Assembly: GCA_038230375.1 (NCBI GenBank)
Contig: JBBRNJ010000082.1
Location: 1-38,159, forward strand
From: Polyangiales bacterium
GTDB lineage: Bacteria; Myxococcota_A; Polyangia; Polyangiales; Polyangiaceae
Direction of reading: 5' to 3'
Length of the DNA stretch: 38,159 nucleotides
The translations under genes and the position numbers were made by a program. Position 1 is the first letter of the stretch; each line of letters starts with the position of its first letter. This document shows, piece by piece, positions 18,906-30,782 of this stretch. The notes below the pieces were generated by a model, which saw only the letters and a program-made list of their open reading frames with translations, ran no database searches and was not told where the DNA came from.

Positions 18906-19985
18906 TCAAGAACCTGCGACGGGCCGCGGGACGTTGTCCGCCGGCGATGCCGCACCACCGGCACCGTGCGAGACCGGCGTGCCGGCACCCGCGGGACCAC
19001 CCTTGCCACCAGCGACGCCCTTGTCCGTGGGCACGTCTTCGCAGCAGCGGAAGCCGATCTGGTAGAACGAGAAGAGCTCCGCGTGCGCGGTCGTCATGGG
19101 ACGGCAGCGCGTGCGCACCGGGCCCCAGTAGCCGCCCTTCAGGCCGCTCTTGTACGGCGCGCCCGACTCGTTCACGACCCACTCGTCGACGTTGCCGGTC
19201 ATGTCGAACACGCCGTAGGGGCTGACGCACGACTCGTGTGAGCCCGACGGATCACGCTGGTCCAGGCGCGCGGCCTCGGCATCGCGGGTGGCGGGGTTGC
19301 CAAGGGCGACCTCGTTGACCTCCGGATGCGGCTTGTCGATGTTGCAAGCGTCTGCGTTGCGCGCGTAGCCGTACGGGTACGGCAGGTGCTCCTCGCCTTC
19401 GCAGGCGACGGTCCACTCGCTGTCGCCGCAGAGGCGCTTGCCGGCGGCCGTGCAGGAGTCCTTCGCCTCGAACCATGTCTTCATGACGACCGGCTTCTCG
19501 CCGACCTTGTTCGGCCACTCGTAGCGGTCGATGCAGAAATGCTTCTTCGAGGTCTTCGTCTGGCACTTGCTCGTGGGCGCGAACTCCGCGCAGCGCATCT
19601 TCGTCTCGGGGTCGAGCCAGCGAAGGCACTTCTGCTCGAGCCACGGACAGTAGTCGCCCTCGACCTCGACCATGTTGTCCGGGCAGTGGCTCGGGCCAGC
19701 GCCGCCGCCGCGCGCAGCATCGGGGACCGGAGTCGCGCTCGGCTTCACACCGATGCCAGCCAGCGTGTCCTCCACGGGCTCGACCGGCGCGCTCGCAAGC
19801 GGAAGCACACCGCTCGGCACCGCGACCGTCTGATTCACGGCGGCCGCGGTCGGAAGGCCCGACCAGCCGGACGTCGAATCGGTGGTCACCGACTCGGCCT
19901 GCGCCACGGACTCCGCGCCCATGTTCGGCGCGATGACGCCAACACCCAGAGCCACCACCACCCAGCTGAAGACCGCCTGCCGCAT
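18906..19985 (-). CDS. Exported formylglycine-generating-enzyme (SUMF1/FGE-sulfatase) domain protein
   Basis: Signal peptide MRQAVFSWVVVALG. CPDNMVEV, FCIDRYEWPN, CTAAGKRLC..SEW..AC, SPYGVFDMTGNVDEW, KGGYW, IGFRCC. Confidence 0.9.
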   Translation of the reverse strand: MRQAVFSWVVVALGVGVIAPNMGAESVAQAESVTTDSTSGWSGLPTAAAVNQTVAVPSGVLPLASAPVEPVEDTLAGIGVKPSATPVPDAARGGGAGPSHCPDNMVEVEGDYCPWLEQKCLRWLDPETKMRCAEFAPTSKCQTKTSKKHFCIDRYEWPNKVGEKPVVMKTWFEAKDSCTAAGKRLCGDSEWTVACEGEEHLPYPYGYARNADACNIDKPHPEVNEVALGNPATRDAEAARLDQRDPSGSHESCVSPYGVFDMTGNVDEWVVNESGAPYKSGLKGGYWGPVRTRCRPMTTAHAELFSFYQIGFRCCEDVPTDKGVAGGKGGPAGAGTPVSHGAGGAASPADNVPRPVAGS

Positions 19986-20609
19986 TTCGTTGCTCGCCTT
20001 CCCAGACGAGTCCCCTTGCTGTCTCACAAGCAATTGGCTCGCCAACCTAAACATCCCGAAATACGGCTCGGAGTGCCGGCCAGACGTCCCCCCAGCCTCC
20101 TGCGCGCAAGGCACATGAAACCGGGGAGATAGGCTCTGAAAGCCTGCCCTCGGAATGGTAGTGGGTGCATGTGCGCAAAGTCATCTTTGTGGCAGCCGAA
20201 AACGGCCGGCCAGGGGCTGCCCGGATGGAAGCGAAACCCTTCCATGGACTTCCTGAAAACGACCACGCCGTGTCCCTCCGTGTCTGCGTGCACACGGCAT
20301 CATGTGGGTCGTGGAGATCCCTCTGGCGCCGCGGTCATGGAGGGCGAATCCACGACGATCTTTTGCGCGCGTTCGATCGTTCGCGGCGAAGGCGCGTGCG
20401 CAGAGATCTCTACGCAGCGCCGGTGATTTTCGACGCGCGGAGCGGGGGCTCCAGCCACGCGCGGATGGGGTCTCGCCCCATGGACAACGGACCGAGTCCC
20501 ACCTCGCTGGAACCATGTAGGCGCGTCCGGAGGGAGTGTCGTTTCGAGTGTGCGCCGATGGGCGTTTCACGGTCCAAACCGCGTGGGAATTCGCTAGAGT
20601 CCGCGACCG

Positions 20610-23291
<2,682 letters not shown>

Positions 23292-23313
23292 GCCAGACAA
23301 GGTAGGCATCCTC

Positions 23314-24102
23314 GTGGCGAAGAGATCCCCAGCGCAGCTCGCGTCAGAGACCACGTTCGCCGCGCTGCGTGGCATGCATCCAGACGCGCACTGCGAGCTG
23401 GACCACGGGAGCGCTTTTCAGTTGCTCGTCGCAACGGTCCTGTCCGCGCAGACCACCGACGTCGCCGTGAACAAGGTGACGCCGGGGCTCTTCGCGAAGT
23501 ACCCCGACGCAGCGAGCCTTTCCAAGGCAGAGCCCACCGACGTGCAGCCGCTCATCGATCGCATCGGCATGTTCCGCCAGAAGGCGAAGAACGTGGTCGG
23601 CCTTGCGCGCATCCTGGTCGAGAAGCATGCGGGTGAGGTTCCGCAGTCACTCCCGGAGCTCGTCGAGCTGCCGGGTGTGGGACGAAAGACCGCGAACGTC
23701 GTGCTGGGTGTGATGTGGAAGAAGCCAGAGGGCGTGGTTGTGGACACGCACGTGCAGCGGCTCTCGCAGCGATTAGGCTGGACGAAGAAGACGGACCCGG
23801 AGGACATCGAGCAGGCGCTCTGCGCGCTCTTCCCCCGCGAGGACTGGGACCCGCTGAGCCACACCCTGATCTTCCACGGGCGCCGCGTGTGCTTCGCGCG
23901 GAAGCCAGAGTGCGACAAATGTGCGGTGAAAGAAGCCTGTCCGAGCGCCGGCGACAAGGCCGAGAAGATCGGCCGCAAACCTTCGCGTGGGCCGCGGCCG
24001 GCGGCAACGAAGAGCAAGCCCGCAACGAAGAGCAGCAGCAAGACCGCGAAGAAGAAGAGCGCTACTCCGAAGGTCCGAAGCCGTCGCCCGTCAGCGCAGT
24101 GA
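23314..24102 (+). CDS. nth: Endonuclease III
   Basis: LLVATVLSAQTTD, HhH motif LPGVGRKTANVV, VDTHV, Fe-S motif C-X6-C-X2-C-X5-C; Lys-rich tail. Confidence 0.96.
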   Translation: MAKRSPAQLASETTFAALRGMHPDAHCELDHGSAFQLLVATVLSAQTTDVAVNKVTPGLFAKYPDAASLSKAEPTDVQPLIDRIGMFRQKAKNVVGLARILVEKHAGEVPQSLPELVELPGVGRKTANVVLGVMWKKPEGVVVDTHVQRLSQRLGWTKKTDPEDIEQALCALFPREDWDPLSHTLIFHGRRVCFARKPECDKCAVKEACPSAGDKAEKIGRKPSRGPRPAATKSKPATKSSSKTAKKKSATPKVRSRRPSAQ

Positions 24103-24143
24103 CGAGCACTGCGATGAACACGTAGACGACGCTGAAGGGACGA

Positions 24144-25172
24144 TCATTCCTTCTGGCTGCGACGGAACATGGCAACGAGCCGCTCGGTTGCGGAGTACGG
24201 ATCCAGCTTCTTTTCCGCCACATCGTGCACGGTGCGCGAGAGCTCATCGCCGAGATCGGCGACGGCCGCCTCGATGAGGGCCTCTCTCAGGTACTCGCGC
24301 ATCTCCTCGCTCTCGCGCGCGAGCGTGCGGTCGCGCCCCGTCTCGGACCCCTTGCCCCACGCGCGGTGGCGCTCGATCTCCGCGACCAGCTCGGCGGTGC
24401 CTTCGTCGCGCGAGGCGACGGTACGCAGGATCGGCGGCACCCAGTGAGAGTCCGTCGAAGCTTTGGCCGCGACATCCGCGGACGCCGCCTTCACCGCGCC
24501 ATGGCCACGCGTCTTGCTCAGCGCGATCATGGCCTCGCCACCGAGCGCCAGCATCAGCTCCAGATCGCGGACCGTGGCATCTGCGCCCTCGCGATCCGCC
24601 TTGTTCACGGCGAACACATCCGCCGTCTCCAGCAGACCCGCTTTGATCGCCTGCACGTCGTCGCCCAGGCCCGGCGCCATGACGACCACCGTGGTGTGCG
24701 CTGTACGCGTGATCTCGAGCTCGTCCTGGCCTACGCCCACGGTCTCGACCATGACCACGTCGAAGCCGGCCGCGTCGCACACGCGCACCATGTCGCGCGC
24801 GGAGCGAGAGAGCCCACCGAGATGCCCGCGCGTGGCCACGGACCGAATGAAGACGCCTTCGTCCGTCGCGTGCCTCGTCATGCGGATGCGATCGCCCAGG
24901 ATGGCGCCGCCCGTGTACGGGCTGGACGGATCCACGGCGATCACGCACACCGTCTTCTGCTGTTTGCGGAACGCCGCGATCAGGCGATCGGTGAGCGTGG
25001 ACTTGCCGGCGCCCGGGTTTCCCGTGATGCCAATGATGTGCGCCTTCCCCGTGTGCGGGAACAGGTCCTTCAAGATCTCGATGAAGGCGCCGCTGCGATC
25101 ATCCACCATGCGCATGGCGCGCGCGATGGCGCGAACATCATGTGCAAGGACCCGCTCGGCCAAGGAATGCAT
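24144..25172 (-). CDS. meaB: Methylmalonyl-CoA mutase-associated GTPase MeaB/ArgK
   Basis: GITGNPGAGKST, AVDPSSPYTGGAILGDRIRM, FIRS.ATRGHLGG, ETVGVGQDE, QAIKAG, NKAD. Confidence 0.95.
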   Translation of the reverse strand: MHSLAERVLAHDVRAIARAMRMVDDRSGAFIEILKDLFPHTGKAHIIGITGNPGAGKSTLTDRLIAAFRKQQKTVCVIAVDPSSPYTGGAILGDRIRMTRHATDEGVFIRSVATRGHLGGLSRSARDMVRVCDAAGFDVVMVETVGVGQDELEITRTAHTTVVVMAPGLGDDVQAIKAGLLETADVFAVNKADREGADATVRDLELMLALGGEAMIALSKTRGHGAVKAASADVAAKASTDSHWVPPILRTVASRDEGTAELVAEIERHRAWGKGSETGRDRTLARESEEMREYLREALIEAAVADLGDELSRTVHDVAEKKLDPYSATERLVAMFRRSQKE

Positions 25173-25202
25173 CTGGCACCGGTTCTAGCCCGAGTGGCGC
25201 GC

Positions 25203-26534
25203 CTACTTCAACGTGGCAATCTTCCGCTCGAGAGCGGCCTGATCGACGGGGCCCTGCGCCCGACGCGCGCGATCGTAGGCATTCTTCGCGCTGGTGCTGT
25301 CCTGATTGGCGACCAGCGCATCCCCGAACGCCACCCACGCGGGACCCCAGTCGGGGAACTCCTGCGTGGCCTTCTCGCCGAATGCCTTCGCGCTGGTGGG
25401 CCGGCCCGCCGCGAGACACGCGACGCTCGCGTTCACGAGCGACGCCGGGTTCGAATGGTCGCCGCCGTACGCGGCCTGGTAGTTCTCCAGCGCGAGATCG
25501 ATCTCGCCTTTCCGGGCGTACGCATCTGCAAGCAGCTGACGCGCCGCTGCCGAGTTTGCTACCAGCGACAGCGCGGCCTGTCCTTCGCGGAGGGCCTCGT
25601 CCAGGCGATTCTCCGCGAGCGCGACGTCACCCATCACCAGGTGCGAGGCGATGTCGGTGGGGTCGATGCGGAGCGCGGTGTCTGCAGCCTTCTTTGCGGG
25701 ACCAAGGTGGCCCGCCGAGAGCTCGATGGTCGCGATGAGCCGATGCGCCGCGGCGAACGACGGACGCTCCGCGACCGCGCGATTGAGGAGCGCCGTGGGC
25801 TCTGGGCCCTTGGGGAGCGTGCGCGCGAGCTCGAACAGTGCGTCCGCGTTGTTCGGGGCGAGCTCCACCGCGCGGCGAAGATGTGCGGAGCCATCCTTGC
25901 CTTCCTGCACCAGCAGACGACCCAGCGCGATGTGTGCCGGGAGCGCGTTCGGATCGATCTTGATCGCCGCTTCCAGCTCCGCCTCCGCTTCCGGGTACTT
26001 GAGCTCCAGCGCGTACGCGATGCCCTCGCTCGTGTGCAACGAGTAGTCGACGCGGGTCGGAATGTTGGGAAACTTCCGGGCTTCCATGATCTCCGTGTGC
26101 GACTCGCTTGCGCGCAGCGTCACAAGCCACGCCTCCGCGGAGCACGCACGACCAAACGCGCCGCCACCCGGCTTGTCGCGTACGATCTGACAGCGGACGA
26201 TCGCCTGCCCGTTCTCGTGGCGGGCCAGGTGCGCGCGCGCCAGCTCCCAGTGCAGCTCCAGCGCGATCTCGCCGCCGCGGGCGTTCCACATGCCGATGCC
26301 CCGACGAAGCTCCACGATCGCCTCGCCGGCGCGGCCTGCGCCTAGCAGCGCGCGGCCGTATTCCAGCCGCGCACGCGGATCGGTCTGGTTCTGCTGGACG
26401 GCGGTGCGGCGTGATTCCAGCTCCGACTCCTCCGCGCGCGCCACCCCGGAAACCGACAAGAGCGCCGCGACCACGGCGCAGCACCCGATCCATCGATTCA
26501 AGAGAGGCCCCCGGCCGCGCGACACATTGCGCAT
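25203..26534 (-). CDS. Exported tetratricopeptide-repeat protein
   Basis: Signal peptide ending ...GVARA; many TPR units (e.g. AEAELEAAIKIDPNALPAHIALGRLL). Confidence 0.85.
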   Translation of the reverse strand: MRNVSRGRGPLLNRWIGCCAVVAALLSVSGVARAEESELESRRTAVQQNQTDPRARLEYGRALLGAGRAGEAIVELRRGIGMWNARGGEIALELHWELARAHLARHENGQAIVRCQIVRDKPGGGAFGRACSAEAWLVTLRASESHTEIMEARKFPNIPTRVDYSLHTSEGIAYALELKYPEAEAELEAAIKIDPNALPAHIALGRLLVQEGKDGSAHLRRAVELAPNNADALFELARTLPKGPEPTALLNRAVAERPSFAAAHRLIATIELSAGHLGPAKKAADTALRIDPTDIASHLVMGDVALAENRLDEALREGQAALSLVANSAAARQLLADAYARKGEIDLALENYQAAYGGDHSNPASLVNASVACLAAGRPTSAKAFGEKATQEFPDWGPAWVAFGDALVANQDSTSAKNAYDRARRAQGPVDQAALERKIATLK

Positions 26535-26555
26535 GATGGATCGAGTAGCACGTCT

Positions 26556-27665
26556 TCAGCGTCCCTTCGAGAGCATGCCGAGGGCCCAGCGTGCGGCGTC
26601 GCGGACGATCTCACTTTCGTGCGCATTTGCCGCGTTTTCCAGGGTTGCCATGGTCGCCCCCCCTTCCCGGCCATTCCGCCCTTCCCCGTCGCGCTCCACC
26701 GACGCGTTTCCCAGGACCACCGCCGCGTTCCGCGCGAGCCCGATGCGCGTGGCCCGGTGCACGGGGCTCCCCTCCGCAAGGACGGCGAATTCGGCCGCCG
26801 ATGCACCAATCAGGTCTCCCAGCGTGGTGTCCGCCCAGCGCGGATGCGGGGAGAATACATCCGTCTTGGCGCCCGATCGCCCGTCTCGCTTCGCGTCGGT
26901 GTCCTTGTTGTACGGGCAGACGGTCTGGCAGTCGTCGCAGCCAAAGAGGTTCTCGCCGACCGCGGCGCGCAGCTCCTCTGGAATCGCGGAGCGGAGCTCG
27001 ATCGTCAGGTACGAGATGCATCGGCGCGCGTCGAGCACACGGGCCTCGACGATGGCGTCCGTGGGGCACTCCTCGATGCAGAGCGTGCAGGAGCCGCAGC
27101 GATCGGCGATGGGCTCATCGGGCGTGAGCGCCAGCGTCGTCACCACCTCTCCCAGCAAGACGAAGCTCCCCTGCCCCGGCACGATCAAGAGCCCGTTCTT
27201 CCCGATGAACCCCAAGCCCGCGCGCGCCGCCCATGCGCGCTCGAGCACCGGTACGTCGTCGAGCAATGGCCGCGCGGTGATGCCTTCGCCCAGCGTGCGA
27301 ACGAACGCCGCGAGCTGCCGCAGCTTCTTGCGCACGCCGTTGTGATAGTCGCGACCGCGCGCATACCGCGCGATGTGCCGCGCGAGCGGCGGGTCCTTCG
27401 CCAGGTCCTCTTCGCTGCGGTCGTAACGGCGCGCGACGCAGACGACCGTGCGAGCCCCCGCCAGGATGTCCTCCGTGTCGAGTCTCCGTCGCACGAGACG
27501 ATCCGAGGCGAGGTAGCCCATCTCGCCGTGCATCTCCTGCGCGAGGAAATGCTCATAGCGCTCGAAGTCCGCAAGAAGTGGCTCGTCCGCACGCGCGAAG
27601 CCCACGGCGTCGAAGCCGAGCGCGCGAGCCTTCTCGCGCACGCGGTCCTCCAACCGAGAGGACAT
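26556..27665 (-). CDS. queG: tRNA epoxyqueuosine(34) reductase
   Basis: ALGFDAVGF, HGEMGYL, IARYARGRDYH, LERAWAARAGLGFIGKN, CGSCTLCIEECPT, CISYLTIE, FGCDDCQTVCPYN. Confidence 0.95.
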   Translation of the reverse strand: MSSRLEDRVREKARALGFDAVGFARADEPLLADFERYEHFLAQEMHGEMGYLASDRLVRRRLDTEDILAGARTVVCVARRYDRSEEDLAKDPPLARHIARYARGRDYHNGVRKKLRQLAAFVRTLGEGITARPLLDDVPVLERAWAARAGLGFIGKNGLLIVPGQGSFVLLGEVVTTLALTPDEPIADRCGSCTLCIEECPTDAIVEARVLDARRCISYLTIELRSAIPEELRAAVGENLFGCDDCQTVCPYNKDTDAKRDGRSGAKTDVFSPHPRWADTTLGDLIGASAAEFAVLAEGSPVHRATRIGLARNAAVVLGNASVERDGEGRNGREGGATMATLENAANAHESEIVRDAARWALGMLSKGR

Positions 27666-27743
27666 TGAGACACGGCCGGGCTTCTGCACTGGTTTGTCCG
27701 TGATTATCCTCCGTGGCTTGTCGCTTTGAAACTGGAGCTTTCG

Positions 27744-28859
27744 ATGATCTCTCGCCTCGCCCGACTCGCCCTCATCACCAGCCTCGCGGCCTGCTTTGCG
27801 CCCGCGTTCGCATGCTCCAGCAGCAAGGCGACCGTGTACACCGAAGCCGGTGCCGGGGGCTCCTGCGCGACTCCGCCCGTCCTGAACGACGCCGACTTCT
27901 GCAAGTCCTGCTCGTTCGCGGCGAACGCAGCCCTGGACACGTGCAAGGACCCGCGGGTGGTGAACGCGTGCTGCGTCTACACGGCTTCGCCCACGAGCGA
28001 GATCGAGCGCGGAACGGGCCTCCACTACTTCTCGTCCACGGATGCCACCGTCGACCTTGGCTGCCTCGCGGCGCCTCCGACCGCGGGCCCAACGAAGACC
28101 GTGACGCTGAAGGGCAACGTTCGCTTGTTCTCGGGCGGCGGGGATTCCGCGAACGTGAAGATCGAGATCTACACGCAGGGAGACAACGGCGCGCTCGGCA
28201 CGCTCTTGGGCACGGCGTTCACCACTGCCAAGGATGACACCAAGGACCCGGCCACAGTCGAGACCTGGTCCACGAAGTGCCCCGCAGACGGCTGCAAGCT
28301 ACGCAGCTACACCTACGCCGGCGTTCCCACCGAGACTCCGCTGATCATCAAGACGAGCGACGCGAGCGGCAAGGCGACGCAGTGGGCTGACCTGTACGAC
28401 TACAACGTCTACATCTCGAACACGGGCGTCGCCGCTGACAACACGGCGAAGTATGATCCGTCGTGTGTCGCGTCCGAAGACGTGAACACTGTCGCGGCCG
28501 CCGCTGGTGGCTTCGCCATCGACCCGACCAAGGGCGTCCTCGCCGGTGAGGTCCACGACTGCAACGACGTGCGGCTCGCCGGCGCCACGGTCGACACCGA
28601 CGTGGCTCACGACTCCAACGTCTTCTACTTCGGCGAGAACGAGGCGAACCCGCTGCCCGACCAGTCGCGCGCGGCACTGGGCACCAGCCACCTCGGTCTG
28701 TTTGGCATGCTCAACATCTCTGCGGGCACGCCCATCAAGATCAGCGCCGTTGGCCTGGTCGGTGGCAAGACCGAGCTGCTGGGGACGTACACCGTCCAGA
28801 CCTTTCCTGGCGGGGTCACGGCGCTCTCGTTCCGCGGCCGCCGCCCCTATCAGAAGTGA
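27744..28859 (+). CDS. Putative lipoprotein with Cys pairs and beta-sandwich (carboxypeptidase-regulatory-like) domains
   Basis: Lipobox-like AFAC after a hydrophobic stretch; GVLAGEVHDCNDVRLAGATVD; Thr/Asp-rich composition. Confidence 0.75.
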   Translation: MISRLARLALITSLAACFAPAFACSSSKATVYTEAGAGGSCATPPVLNDADFCKSCSFAANAALDTCKDPRVVNACCVYTASPTSEIERGTGLHYFSSTDATVDLGCLAAPPTAGPTKTVTLKGNVRLFSGGGDSANVKIEIYTQGDNGALGTLLGTAFTTAKDDTKDPATVETWSTKCPADGCKLRSYTYAGVPTETPLIIKTSDASGKATQWADLYDYNVYISNTGVAADNTAKYDPSCVASEDVNTVAAAAGGFAIDPTKGVLAGEVHDCNDVRLAGATVDTDVAHDSNVFYFGENEANPLPDQSRAALGTSHLGLFGMLNISAGTPIKISAVGLVGGKTELLGTYTVQTFPGGVTALSFRGRRPYQK

Positions 28860-29623
28860 CGGCCGCAGTGACCCAGAGCCCCGCGCACCCTCTTGCCACC
28901 ACGCGCGATGCGCTCTTTCACGGGGCGCTCGCGCTCACGCAGCCCGCCGACGGCTATCGCGTGAACGTGGACGCCGTGCTGCTGGCTGCGTTCGCCGCGG
29001 GCGGCAGGCCTGGGCGGCGCGCGTGCGATCTGGGCGCGGGCGTCGGCGCTGTGGGCCTTTCGCTCTTGCACCTGGGTGGCGCAGAGCACGTCACGTTCGT
29101 GGAGGCGGACCCATTCACTGCGGAGCTCTCCGCAGAGAACGCGAAGACCAACGGCTTCGGCTCGCGCTCGCAGGTCTCCATCACTGACGTGCGCGACTTC
29201 GCCGCAGAGGCCGACGGCACGTACGATCTTGTCGTGGCCAACCCGCCCTACGTCGCGGTGGGAACGGGGCGGGTTCCACAGAACCCCGGCCGCGCGCGTG
29301 CGACGGTCGGAGCCCTGGATGACTTCGTGTTCGCAGCGCGCAAGCTGACCGGCGCGCGCGGCCGCACGTGCTTCTCGTACCCCGCGCAGAGCCTGGGGAC
29401 GATGTTCTCGTTGCTGGAGTCGTTTGGTCTTTCTCCAAAGCGCGCGCGGTTCGTGCACGCGACTGGGAGCAAGCCTGCGCGTCTTGTGCTCGTCGACGCG
29501 CAGCCGGGGCGCCCTGGTGGGCTCACGATCATGCCGCCGCTGCTCGAGCGCGACGATGCTGGTGTGTCCGAAGAGCTGGCGCTCCTGTTCCGCGCACCAC
29601 GCGCGCTGCGACCGGCGCGCTGA
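28856..29623 (+). CDS. tRNA1(Val) (adenine37-N6)-methyltransferase-like SAM methyltransferase (TrmN6/YfiC family)
   Basis: QPADGYRVNVDAVLLAAF, DLGAGVG, VVANPPY, PKRARFVH. Overlaps the upstream stop (GTGA). Confidence 0.88.
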   Translation: MTAAVTQSPAHPLATTRDALFHGALALTQPADGYRVNVDAVLLAAFAAGGRPGRRACDLGAGVGAVGLSLLHLGGAEHVTFVEADPFTAELSAENAKTNGFGSRSQVSITDVRDFAAEADGTYDLVVANPPYVAVGTGRVPQNPGRARATVGALDDFVFAARKLTGARGRTCFSYPAQSLGTMFSLLESFGLSPKRARFVHATGSKPARLVLVDAQPGRPGGLTIMPPLLERDDAGVSEELALLFRAPRALRPAR

Positions 29624-29646
29624 ACGAGCGCGGCTCGGGAATCCGG

Positions 29647-29694
29647 CTCAGAGGATCTGCGGCTCAGAAGACCTCCGCCTCAGAAGATCTGCGG
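29647..29694. repeat. 16-bp tandem repeat x3 covering the stop codon of the short pilT-like gene
   Basis: CTCAGAGGATCTGCGG / CTCAGAAGACCTCCGC / CTCAGAAGATCTGCGG. Confidence 0.85.
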
Positions 29695-30780
29695 CTCCGC
29701 GAGATCTGGACGGTGGCGCGCGACGATCCGCGAAAAGGCCTCCTTGTCGAACGCGGTGAGCAGCGCGGCCTCCGGCGTGATCTTGCCGCCTGACATGAGC
29801 CGCTCCAGAGCCATGTCCAACGTCTGCATGCCCTGCCCCTGGCCCGCCTGCATCAGGGCCGGCAGCTTCTCCGTCTTGCCCTCGCGGATGGCGGCGGCAG
29901 CGTCCTTGCTTCCGGAGCCCGCGAGCACCAGCGTCTCGTGTGCGAGCACGAGCTTCCGCCCGTCCTGCGTAGGGACCAAGCGCTGCACCACGACGCCCGC
30001 CAGAACGTCCGAGAGCAGATTGCGCGCGCGCGGAAGGTCTGCCTCCGCGAAGGAGGCAAAAAGGCGCTCCACGACGGAGACCACGCTGCCGCCGTTCATG
30101 CACGCGAAGACGGGAAGCTCCGTCGCCGCGAGCTCCACCGCGGCGCGAATCCCGCTCTCTCCTGAAAGGTTGTAGATTGCACACAAATCTGCGTCGTCGG
30201 TGGCGACCTGCTTGATGGCAGAAGCCAGGTCCAGCGCATCGCGCTTGACCTCACGCTGCGTGAAGATGGAGCGATTGGGCTCGAAGATCGATTCGACCGT
30301 GTCTTCGATCGTGACGACGCTGCAGCCGCGCGAGCGGTTCACTTGCTCGAGCATGGCGGACAGCGTGGACGACTTTCCGGAGCCAGCGGGCCCGGCAATG
30401 ATGACGAGCCCGGAGCGCCGATCGGAGAGACGCCAGAGCACCTCCGGCAGCCCCAGCTCCGACAGCGTCAGGATCTTCGGCGGAAGGAGCCGGAACACGG
30501 CCTCGAGGCCGGAGGAGACCGTGCCGTAGCGAACCCGGAAGCGGCTGGCCTTGAGCGTGTGGGTGAAGACCAGCTCGTGCTTGTCGGAAAGCTCCGCGGC
30601 CTGAACGGGTGTCAGCAGCTCGAGAAGAATGTTCTCCACGTCGCGACGCGACGTCACCTGCTCAGATGCCGGTGCGAGCTCGCCGCGCACACGCGCGAGC
30701 GGCGGGTAGTCCGGCGCGATATGGAGGTCCGTGCCGCCGAGTGAGAGGAGAGCTTCGAGGAGCGTGTCGACCTTTGCCAT
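29680..30780 (-). CDS. PilT/PilU-family ATPase homolog with degenerate Walker B and His box
   Basis: TDLHI, RFRV, AVFR, GPAGSGKS, TIEDTVE, QREV, QRLVP, AHE and GMQTLD are present. Walker B reads DADLCAIYNL; the His box reads ELPVFACMN. Confidence 0.9.
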   Translation of the reverse strand: MAKVDTLLEALLSLGGTDLHIAPDYPPLARVRGELAPASEQVTSRRDVENILLELLTPVQAAELSDKHELVFTHTLKASRFRVRYGTVSSGLEAVFRLLPPKILTLSELGLPEVLWRLSDRRSGLVIIAGPAGSGKSSTLSAMLEQVNRSRGCSVVTIEDTVESIFEPNRSIFTQREVKRDALDLASAIKQVATDDADLCAIYNLSGESGIRAAVELAATELPVFACMNGGSVVSVVERLFASFAEADLPRARNLLSDVLAGVVVQRLVPTQDGRKLVLAHETLVLAGSGSKDAAAAIREGKTEKLPALMQAGQGQGMQTLDMALERLMSGGKITPEAALLTAFDKEAFSRIVARHRPDLAEPQIF

Positions 30781-30782
30781 GG

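Noticed and set aside
27666..28025. N-terminal extension of queG (similar over-extensions at 5311-5469, 6297-6527, 11852-11947 and 37217-37342)
   Set aside because: Most overlap neighbouring genes, and family similarity or signal peptides begin at the downstream ATGs used.
29647..29710. Possible mini-CRISPR array
   Set aside because: The units are contiguous 16-mers with no spacers, and there are no cas genes.
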